A DNA stretch of 63,002 bases, filler included, from Octopus bimaculoides (lineage: Eukaryota): assembly GCF_001194135.2 (NCBI RefSeq). It is 5 parts of 4 records of this genome, joined end to end, with 100 filler letters (N's around TTAATTAATTAA, not from the genome) between each part and the next. Parts side by side here need not be neighbours in the genome. Positions count along the whole stretch, not along the records: positions 1 to 28,128 come from NC_068996.1; 4 more parts are not named here. The stretch is one strand, 5' to 3'. Position 1 is the stretch's first letter; each line of letters starts with the position of its first letter. Of the stretch, positions 1-9,400 are shown one piece after another. The notes beneath the pieces were generated by a model, which worked only from the letters and a program-made list of their open reading frames with translations, was not told where the DNA came from and ran no database searches. The position numbers and the translations under genes are program-made.

Positions 1-653
1 ATATATATATATATATACACACACACAAAATGACGGAAGATCGCGGTTGAAGTGCTTTTGATCATACGTTTGCTTAATCAGAGATTATCTGGAGGTGAAA
101 TGGTGATAATAACAACAATAACAACAATAACAACCAATAATATCTCTCTATCATTCATAACTAAAAACAAAAGTGGGAGATAATCATCCACGCTGTTACC
201 AAAATTCAAAGTGAAGCAACGTCGCAGAGACTCACCATCTATCTTTGCACATCGTTAAACATCCTAGAACGATCGACCCTTGACAGAACCAAAACATGCA
301 TTCCTCTCTCCAACTAACAACATGGTTTCAGGCTACTAAACTCAACAACCATTCTTCTCAAAAACTTACACCAAAATGTTCCTGATAGTTTCGTCGTTTA
401 TCATTCACACAAGCGTACACCGTCTTAAGTTCCATTGCAACAAAGCTCTCAACTCTACCTACTTGCAGGTAAATTCTAGATGTGTTGTTATATTTTAGTA
501 CATAATTAGTCCACAATCTTGATTATTGCTTTCACTACGTTTCGACTTTTACACGCTCCAGCCTTCTGACTAATATAAACAGTGTATATTATATGAATTC
601 CTCGTCTCACAAACATAGAATTGCTTTATCCAATCGCTACAGAGCCATGTGAA

Positions 654-990
654 GGCGCATGGCTCAGTGGTTAGAGCGTCGAGCTTACGATCGTGAGGTT
701 GTGAGTTCGAATCCCGGACCGGGCTGCGTGTTGTGTTCTTGAGCAAGACACTTTATTTCACATTGCTCCAGTTTCATTCATCTGTAGAAATGAGTTGCGA
801 CGTCACAGGTGCCAAGCTGTATCGGCCCCTTTGCCTTTCCCTTGGATAACATTGGTGGCATGGAGAGGAGAAGCTGGTATGCATGGGCGACTGCTGGTCT
901 TCCATAAACAACCTTGCCCGGACTTGTGCCTCGGAGGGTAACTTTCTAGGTGCAATCCCATGGCCAGTCAAGACCGAATGGGGTCTCAGC
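654..990 (+). mobile_element. tRNA-derived SINE, family C (CORE-like central domain)
   Basis: Pol III A box TGGCTCAGTGG (660-670) and B box GTTCGAATCC (705-714), followed by TGTGTTCTTGAGCAAGACACTTTATTTCAC...GTAGAAATGAG, which resembles the MIR/CORE domain. A second copy lies at 18281-18595. Confidence 0.85.
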
Positions 991-1387
991 AACAGAGCCA
1001 ACATAAGATATCAATTGAGGTTTATAAGCCTTAAAAATTCACTCTGACACTGCCTACGGACATAACTTAATGGTTAAAGACCTTGAATAATGTAGTGCAA
1101 GCACATAGGTGTCCTGAATTCAATGTCCAAGCAAGACACTAAGGTGAATCACCTGAAAACACCTGAAGAAGTGTTGGCTTGTATGTCCGAAACGTGGTGA
1201 ACTCAACAATTAAGATGAGGAGGTCACCAGTCTGACTGATATAAACTGTATACGTAATTTAAATTCCCCACTTCTGAAATATAGACTTGTAACATCTAGA
1301 TTCCATAAATTCTTGAATGGAGTACAACAAGGATCTATCTTTTTTTTAACCATCATATTTATTATGAACTTATGTAATTGCTTCAGA

Positions 1388-1665
1388 ATATTCGGTACAC
1401 GATTGAAAAGTTGTGCGTCCGATTCCGGGCGCTGCGTTGTGTCCATGAGCAAGACACTTTATTGCATGTTGTTCCAGTTCAGTCAACTGGTAGAAATGAG
1501 TACCTCTTGTATTTCAAATGGTCAGCCTTGTCACACTTTGTGTCACGCTTAATTTCCTCGAAAACTACGTTAAGGGCACGTGTGTCTGTGGAGTACTCAG
1601 ACACTTGCACGTTAATTTAACGAGCAGACTGTTCCGTTGATCGGAACACCCGCCGTGCCAATCCC
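1388..1665 (+). mobile_element. SINE family D (C-like head/core, different tail), degenerate
   Basis: Shares the GAGCAAGACAC core. Its tail GCACGTTAATTT..CGAGCAG.CTGTTCCGTTGATCGGA matches the reverse-complement copies at 46311-46670, 48170-48506 and 58960-59255. Confidence 0.75.
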
Positions 1666-1790
1666 GTAAAATATCGCAAAGCTTCATAAATAGATGATAT
1701 CACACACAACATGTAGCTTTATATAACTGTTCTGCGTCCCTACAAGTTATCGCATATATGGCTGTATGCAAATCAGTTCATAACTGGGGT

Positions 1791-2048
1791 CCGGGAAAAA
1801 AAACTTTCGCAGTCCGGACACCGGTAGGATTGACAGATCGATAGCTCTTTCTCGATTCGGTGGGTGGTGGTGCATGGCCGTTCTTAGTTGGTGGAGCGAT
1901 CCGTCTGGTTGATTCCGATAACGAACGAGACTCCGGCCTGCTAACTAGCGCGTCGATTAGTGCTTTTCCGGTAGCGAGGCGGCGCCGAAACCGTCGTCGG
2001 TTGATCTGCGCGCGGCCCGGGCTTGCCGTTGCTGCCGCTCTCCTTCGA
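1791..2048 (+). pseudogene. 18S: 18S rRNA gene fragment (dispersed pseudogene, 3' major domain into V7)
   Basis: Contains the universal eukaryotic SSU stretch GGATTGACAGATCGATAGCTCTTTCTCGATTCGGTGGGTGGTGGTGCATGGCCGTTCTTAGTTGGTGGAGCGAT...GATAACGAACGAGAC, then GC-rich expansion-like sequence. Flanks are non-rDNA. Ends are approximate. Confidence 0.92.
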
Positions 2049-2630
2049 TCAACAAGAAACGGTAATTTAAAAACATGGGACTTAAAATAGCTTTGGCAAA
2101 ATGTACTGTCTCTGTTCTTACCAGCAACAACAAAGAACATAAACCATCACACTCGACAACATGAACACACGCACACAAACATACAAACACACACACACAC
2201 ACACACACATACACACACACATACACATACACACATAGATGCAGACAGACAGACAATAACGTTAGTAGTTACACACAGTATCTCCACCGTAGAAGAGGGT
2301 AAAGAAAGCATAATGTCCATACAAACACACTTAGTGCATCCACAGGTGCCAAATTTGGGTAACAGAACTAAGTAACAATAAAAAATGCATTAGATCCGTC
2401 GTGGAATACACCAGTCATGTCTTTCTCCAACCCGCCTCTCCACAACAAACCACCATTAATCTAGCAAGAATATAAACAAAACATTTCACGCCATCACAGG
2501 ATGTGCACGCATACAACACCTACGACCCACCTGCATAACCCAACAAAAATACTAAAAATGAAAGTTAACATGGACATGAAAGGGACACAGTTGCTGCAAA
2601 AAAGATTCCTCCACCACCACCACCACCACC

Positions 2631-2662
<32 letters not shown>

Positions 2663-3078
2663 CAACAACAACCCCCACCCCCGCAGTCCCTTTTTGGCTA
2701 CACGTACAATTACACTTGAGACAAACAGACACATCTATAACTGACTCCCACCACACTGTTGCAATACCTTCAACGAATTACCAACCCACCCATGCGGTAT
2801 AGACACACCTATGAAATCCCAGTACACTGCAATGGTACCCACCACCACCACATCCCCAAGAAAATACTGCAACACCGTTCAAAGTTGAACAAACGTAAAA
2901 CACACAATCAGACAGACAGACAGACAGACAGAGACAAAGAGAGAGGGGTGGGTGAACGAAAGCAAGATGGAAAGAAAATTGGTAGTAATGTCTATAAACA
3001 TTGTTGGATTGCACACCACCAGAGATAAGTACAGGCCAACAGCTTCTTTCTCATTGTAACCCAGTCTACGTTGCCTTG

Positions 3079-3452
3079 CACACATACATACATACATACA
3101 TGCATACATACATACATACATACATACATACACACATACATACATACACACGCACACACATACATACATACATACATAAATACATACACACATACATACA
3201 TACATACATACATACATACATACATGCATGCATACATACATACATACATACATACATACATACATACATACATACGCACATACATATATACACACACACA
3301 TGCATGCATTCATACATACATACATATATGCATACATACATACATAGATACATACATACATGCATGCATACATACATACATACATACATACATACATACA
3401 TACATACATACATACATACATACATACATACATACACAGACATACATACATA
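3079..3452. repeat. (TACA)n microsatellite
   Basis: Long, near-pure TACA array. It explains the YIHT/MYVC ORFs in the track. Confidence 0.97.
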
Positions 3453-3709
3453 AACAAAACTTAGCTAACAGAAATAACTAAGAGTGGACAGTAGTAGATA
3501 TGTGAATAACAGAAAAATTTAGGTATAGTAAATACCATACAACATAAATTTTTGATTTATTAAAACATTATCTCCCTTTGTAGATGATCTTTAATAATTA
3601 CCAAATGACAATGAAGATCATGTCTGGATGAAGAAGGGAGATAATCTCCTTCCAAAGTTGAAATACCAATACGAAAAGGACAGGCCTATCGTCTGCAGGT
3701 AAGGGGATA

Positions 3710-3754
3710 GTCATGAGTACATGTTTCTACTTCAACAGGCATCATCAGCACGAC
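3710..3754 (-). ncRNA. degenerate type I hammerhead-ribozyme-like motif
   Basis: Minus strand reads GTCGTG-CTGATGA-TGC(loop)GTA-GAAA-CATG-TA-(CT)-CATGAC. Stem III is palindromic (ACATGT); 2 extra nt precede the 3' strand of stem I. Confidence 0.3.
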
Positions 3755-4188
3755 AATTGCTCTAACCTAATTCTAGAGGCCAAAGAACATAAACATGTAT
3801 AAAAAGAATAGAATACATAAACAAATAAGAAGCGGAGATGGTTTTAATAAAACGACAACCTACGTTATATGTTGTCTCATGTACCTGTATCTGTCGATGT
3901 TGTTCATTTGCAACTGGCATCTAAGTCGTTAGTGATGTTACCTTCTATATAAGAGATGACAATACTTAAGTGACCCCCTCCACGCCTATCTTTTTGTATG
4001 AAATTAATCAACAATTGAGCGAATGTATGTTTTCAAGTCGGACTTGGACGTTTTGGACTTCTTTCATATTTTATAATCGTGACTGTACTTGCTTATGAAT
4101 CACTTTTTCACTACTCAACTAACACTCAAAACACCTTGATTATATAAAATATATATATATACATATATACAGTTGTGTGTACGTGCGA

Positions 4189-4264
<76 letters not shown>

Positions 4265-4984
4265 NNNNNNNNNNNNNNNNNNNNNNNNNNNNNNNNNNNN
4301 NNNNNNNNNNNNNNNNNNNNNNNNNNNNNNNNNNNNNNNNNNNNNNNNNNNNNNNNNNNNNNNNNNNNNNNNNNNNNNNNNNNNNNNNNNNNNNNNNNNN
4401 NNNNNNNNNNNNNNNNNNNNNNNNNNNNNNNNNNNNNNNNNNNNNNNNNNNNNNNNNNNNNNNNNNNNNNNNNNNNNNNNNNNNNNNNNNNNNNNNNNNN
4501 NNNNNNNNNNNNNNNNNNNNNNNNNNNNNNNNNNNNNNNNNNNNNNNNNNNNNNNNNNNNNNNNNNNNNNNNNNNNNNNNNNNNNNNNNNNNNNNNNNNN
4601 NNNNNNNNNNNNNNNNNNNNNNNNNNNNNNNNNNNNNNNNNNNNNNNNNNNNNNTCTCTTCTCTTTTTTTTTCTTCCTCTTTCTTTCTTGTCTTTCTTCC
4701 TGCCTTTCTTTCTTTCTTTCTCCTTTTCTTTAAAAAACAAAATTGACATCTTGAAATGTCATTAGCATCAGCCACCTGTAAAAAGGCTACAAATGAAGTC
4801 CATCCCCCGATACATTTCTTTCTTTCTCTCTTCCTTTCTTTCTTTCTGCATGCTTTTCTCTTTTGTGTCCTTCTTCTGTCTTCTTCTCTTTCTTCCTCTC
4901 CTTCCTCCTTTCTCCTCTTCTATATACACACATATAAATAACAAAACGAAACAAAATACATCGTCCTTTAGATTTTTTTTTAGA

Positions 4985-5369
4985 TCTTTTATCTTCCATT
5001 TTTTACCTGACACAGTCAGAAGACTGCGGCCATGCTGGGGTACCGCTTTGAATTTTTAATTGAATGAATCGACCCAGGACTTATTTTTTAAAACCTGGTA
5101 ATTATTCTATCGATCTCTTTTGCCGAACCACTAAGTTATGGGGACTAAACACACCAACACCGTCTGTCAAATGGTGATGAGGAGACAATTACAGGTACAC
5201 ACACATAGATATATATACATATATATATAATCGACGGGCTTCTTTCAGTTTCCGTCTACCAAATCTCACAAGGTTTGGTCGGCCCGAGGCTATAGTAGAA
5301 AACACTCGCCCAAGGTACCACGCAGTGGGACTGAACCCGGGACCATCTGGTTGGGAAGCAAGCTTCTTA
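4985..5369 (-). mobile_element. SINE family A (tRNA-like head, internal TA/TG microsatellite)
   Basis: Reverse complement of the copy at 5690-6075 (GGTTCAGTCCCACTGCGTGG...GACGGAAACTGAAAGAAGCCCGTCG...CAGCATGGCCGCAGTC). Confidence 0.85.
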
Positions 5370-5384
5370 AGAAAAAGAAATTTG

Positions 5385-6760
5385 GGATCTTTGTGGTTAT
5401 TGTTACTGCATGTCGAAACCTTTAAAAAACTTATTTAATATATCAATATAGATATGATTTTTGACGCTGAATCCGAATTTGTAATTCATTTAGTCCAGAA
5501 AAATTTTGTGAAAATGTTACAAGTGTTAAAAGTTTGATAATTTTCTGAATTTTCAGCCAATCAGAAAACAGCGCGTTCGCTGCTTCTTCCGTCATCTGTC
5601 ACAGTAGCGAGAAAGCGGCGGCGGGGGGCACCGGCATGTCAGATCATTAAACTAGCTACATAGTGAAAAACATTAAAAGATTCGCGAGACCAACCACATG
5701 GTCCCGGGTTCAGTCCCACTGCGTGGCATCTTGGGCAAGTGTCTTCTACTATAGCCTCGGGCCGACCAAAGCCTTGTGAGTGGATTTGGTAGACGGAAAC
5801 TGAAAGAAGCCCGTCGTATATATGTATATATATATATATATGTATGTGTGTATGTGTTTGTGTGTCTGTGTTTGTCCCCCCAACATCGCTTGACAACCGA
5901 TGCTGGTGTGTTTATGTTCCCGTAACTTAGCGGTTCGGCAAAAGAGACCGATAGAATAAGTACTAGGCTTCTAAAGAATAAGTCTTGGGGTCGATTTGCT
6001 CGACTAAAGGCGGTGCTCCAGCATGGCCACAGTCAAAAGACTGAAACAAGTAAAAGAGAGTAAAAGAGTAAAGAGTGTATCTAAAAGCTACGAGCAAACC
6101 AACAGGAGTTGCTAGAAATAACAGTCCAAACATAACTTAAAACAGAAAAAAATTTCAAGATCGAAAGCTTGCAATACACTCTAGGATTTTATAAAATAAA
6201 TTATCTTTCTCAAATCTCCTTCCCACGTAAATTCACAAAGATAAGTGTCAACCATGGAACGGTATGTCCCACACCGGCGTTTGTTTCCACGCTTTAAAGA
6301 TGTCCATGTACTCTCAATTTGCTGAGTGTGCGTCCCATATTTTGAGTTTATAAATCCAATGCTATGGTTCACAGTTTTGTTTGAAATCATAGACCACGAT
6401 TTCTGGGAGATGGTAATAAGCTCGCCACAGGTCACTAAAGATAGCAGCCCATGTTTACATTCCTTGTGCGCATGCACAGCATCTTTGGTTACTATGGAAA
6501 CAGAGTTCTTCGCAATCAGCTATGGAACACGTGGTGCTTCTTTGCTTACTATGTTAACAGAACTCCTCAGTAATGTGTAAAATACTCGCTTCTGATTGGC
6601 TAAAATACCCAAACTTTGCAAATTTTAAAGACTACTAACTTTTTAAATATGAATTTATAGGGAAAATGATTTTTATTTCCATAATTAGTTTACAAAACCA
6701 AATTTGAAAACAATTGGAACAAAATTACAGACAAAATTGTGACGATAACCACAAAGATCC
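5385..6760 (-). mobile_element. Merlin (IS1595/ISXO2-like) DNA transposon, internally deleted, carrying a SINE insertion
   Basis: Perfect 16-bp TIR GGATCTTTGTGGTTAT (5385-5400 / 6745-6760). 8-bp TSD GAAATTTG (5377-5384) / GAAATTTT (6761-6768). Minus-strand motifs IFSDLWRAY (~6416-6445) and TVNHS..F.....G.HTQQIESTW...K.......G......YL.EF.W (ORF 6181-6477). Confidence 0.88.
5690..6075 (+). mobile_element. SINE family A, nested in the Merlin element
   Basis: Slightly 5'-truncated copy with internal microsatellite and AAAAGAG tail; highly similar to copies at 32209, 21476/22710 and 55725. Confidence 0.9.
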
Positions 6761-6780
6761 GAAATTTTCTGTAAAATGTA

Positions 6781-6820
6781 TATCTGACGAGTCTCCATAA
6801 ATGAAACGAAAGCGCTAATA
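6781..6820 (+). ncRNA. minimal type I hammerhead-ribozyme-like motif
   Basis: TAT-CTGACGA-GTCTC(CATAAAT)GAAAC-GAAA-GCGC-TA-ATA. The core is complete, stem II pairs 4/5, stem III is palindromic (AGCGCT), the triplet is CUA, and stem I is 3 bp. Confidence 0.5.
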
Positions 6821-7049
6821 AAGAATTATCCAAAATTCTTATCTCCTTTTTCCTAATATATGCACACAAACACACACATACACATACTTCCATACACACA
6901 CACATACATACATACATACATGTATATATATAGAGAGAGAAAGTGTGTGTATGTGTGTGTATGAGAGAGAGATGGAGAGACAGAGAGAGAGCTATACATG
7001 CATACATATACATACACACATACATATCAACATACGTACATACATACAG

Positions 7050-7895
7050 TTATGGAAATTAAATACATGTCCCAAAGAAGTCACATTGCACGTATCATCA
7101 GATGAAAGGGTGAGCATATATGAGTACAAAGACCATGCATGGATATATTAGTGAAAGCTCCGAGGTGATAATAACACTGATCATCAAAGCAGTTTATCAT
7201 GGATCAATAACCGGATTACTACCTCCCACTTTGAAGGGTATGCATTTGAACCAGATACATGATGCACAAAAGAGATAGAGATGCAGGAAAAGCAGTAAAA
7301 TGTGACAACCGATGCAGACTTTGTGGAATTAACACTGAAAATATCACTTGCATCATAAGCAGTTGTCTGAAAATGTCATCATGGTATTATCTACCGATGA
7401 GACCTGATGTTGTAGCTAGGACACTCTATAATGAAAACAAATCGGAAGGATAACCCCGAACACAAAGAAATAAGGACCCACAGTATGGTAAAAGCCATAG
7501 CCACTCATAATAAAAAGGAGTATTGGTGGAATGTTCTAGTGAAAACTTTAATAATATGTAAGCACAGCAGACCCGATATAATGATTTGAGATAGAGAAGA
7601 GAAACTGTGCACAGTTGTGGAAATTAGCTGCCCAGCGGATGTTAACATAAAGCTGAAGATCAGTGAAAAAGAGAACACCTATGCTGAACTATTGAGAAAT
7701 CTGCAGTTACTCTATCCGGATTACAAGTTCAGGTTTATACCTGTAATTATTGGGGCTGTGGGATATGTAACATACTGCCTAAATAAGAATCTTGAGACAT
7801 TAGGCATCACAAAGCAAGAAAGGAGGAAACTGATTCGAAGCCATCTCTGGAACTGTAAAAATCTGTAAAGCTTTCCCGAAGTTTATCATTTGAAT
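7050..7895 (+). pseudogene. 3' part of a non-LTR retrotransposon with restriction-like endonuclease (R4/NeSL/Hero-type), frameshifted
   Basis: Zinc-knuckle remnant CRLCG...E.I..I.S.C, an RHD-like motif (MRPDVVA), W-W-N, RPDI, VVEISCP and IPVIIGAVG, ending GTVKICK, across ORFs 7259-7453 and 7617-7868. Confidence 0.85.
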
Positions 7896-8884
7896 ATAAA
7901 TGAGCTTGTCTAGATATGCAAGTATATGCATGAGAAGACATGCATAAAACAAAACATACAAATTTACACGCATACATACATACATGTATACATACATACA
8001 TAATACATACATACATACATACATACATACACACACACATACTGGAAAAGATTGTCATAGATTAAACACTTTTGCTGATAGTTTAACTGGATGAGAATTA
8101 TTTTCAAGAGCAGCGGCAGTGGTGGGTATCCATTTAAGAATTTTGCTTCGCTATAACATGTTTTGATTTGATACATAGCGTAGAACTTATAATAAGTGAT
8201 TTTAATCTTAATGTTGAGTTGACTAATAGCTCTGCGAGTTGAATTTTTCTGACCGAAATTGTGCCGAAGTCTATCGTGTAGACTGGAGCGGTTATTTGGT
8301 GCTAGTGTCAATCGGTCATCTTCTTAAACGCCACCACTATTGTAAGTATTCGGAACATGAATCGGCTCTGTGTGTAAACTACAAGACAAGATATGGATTC
8401 CTCCGTTCACACACGCACACACGCACACACACATACACATACACACACTCTAAGTACTCATTAAAAATAAGATGTCAATTCCATAGTCACCAACAGCACC
8501 AACATCAAGAACCCTAACAAAAATCCGAGATCAACTTTACTGATCTTCCTCCGTCTGGAATCAATAAATTACCTTTATAAAACGGTGGGCCTGCAGGAAC
8601 GTTACAAGGGTCGGTGGAAATCTTTTTCGGGAAAGAATCGGAACAAACACAGCAAGAATACCATATGGTATTTGGTCCGGCTCTTCGCGTTCTGAGTTCA
8701 ATTTCCGCCGTCGCTTGCTTTCGTGTGGTAAACAGATTAATTCGTCGCTCGGTGTAATACCAACTTCTGCCTTTAGTAGGGCAGTCCTACGGTTTAGGGA
8801 TAACTTTCTCGCTCCCCACCGCTTGTTTTAGGTAAACTGTAAAGGATTATGGACATAATACTACGCGCCTAATAAAAATACTAA

Positions 8885-9160
8885 AAAAAAATAACATCAA
8901 CAACACCCCAACCACACCCCAGCAACACCCCAAACAACACCCCCAGCAACACCCCAAACGACATTCCAACAGCACCACCAACAACACCCCAAACAAGACG
9001 AACATCGACGCCAATTCCAACGCTTCGAACGATGCCAACTCCGGTATCTACAATATCCCTAGCAACATCCCCATCAATATCTTCAACACCAACATCCTCC
9101 ACATCAACTCCACCTCTTCCCACAAATAATACGATTATAAACACCATGACAACAACAATA
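8885..9160. repeat. C/A-rich low-complexity tract (CAACACCCC-like units)
   Basis: Imperfect 12-nt units such as CAACACCCCCAG / CAACACCCCAAA. Confidence 0.8.
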
Positions 9161-9239
9161 TTGTTTATCATTCAAAGATCCATAACATCTTATAAAACAA
9201 AGAACACGTTGCACAGTATTATTTTAATGTAAAAGACAA

Positions 9240-9400
9240 CTTGCTTGCTTACTTGTTTGCTTGCAGCGGTGTTCAGCCGGGGTGGATAGAGCCGGCTCCG
9301 ACCAACGAGTTCACCACATCCCTCACCAATGCAGACCACATCTGACAGTCGGCCCTAACTTTCCTGCAGGCAAGGTAATTCTTCTGCTTGCGGCCCCAAA
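9240..9400 (-). mobile_element. 3' end of an RTE-clade LINE
   Basis: Minus strand encodes ..MWSALVRDVVNSLVGAGSIHPG*, similar to RTE C-termini of the form W...VRDVVNSIGDAGSTRPG (from memory), followed by a (CAAG)n-like tail GCAAGCAAACAAGTAAGCAAGCAA. Confidence 0.55.

Noticed and set aside
654-727. tRNA gene (TAC anticodon-like loop, A and B boxes)
   Set aside because: There is no proper acceptor stem, and it continues directly into a SINE body that is repeated at 18281.
1778-2140. ORFs 1778-2140 (-) and 1860-2090 (+)
   Set aside because: These are translations of the 18S rRNA fragment, not proteins.
2879-3481. Long low-complexity ORFs (MYVC/YIHT, CVCV, poly-E/K, LSIY etc.) here and throughout
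   Set aside because: They arise from microsatellites that lack stop codons, or from N runs translated as X.
9267-9374. 108-bp in-frame candidate exon (TTGCAG acceptor, AAG|GTAATT donor) on the plus strand
   Set aside because: The peptide is unrecognisable and the segment is explained as the antisense RTE 3' end; exonisation would need RNA evidence.
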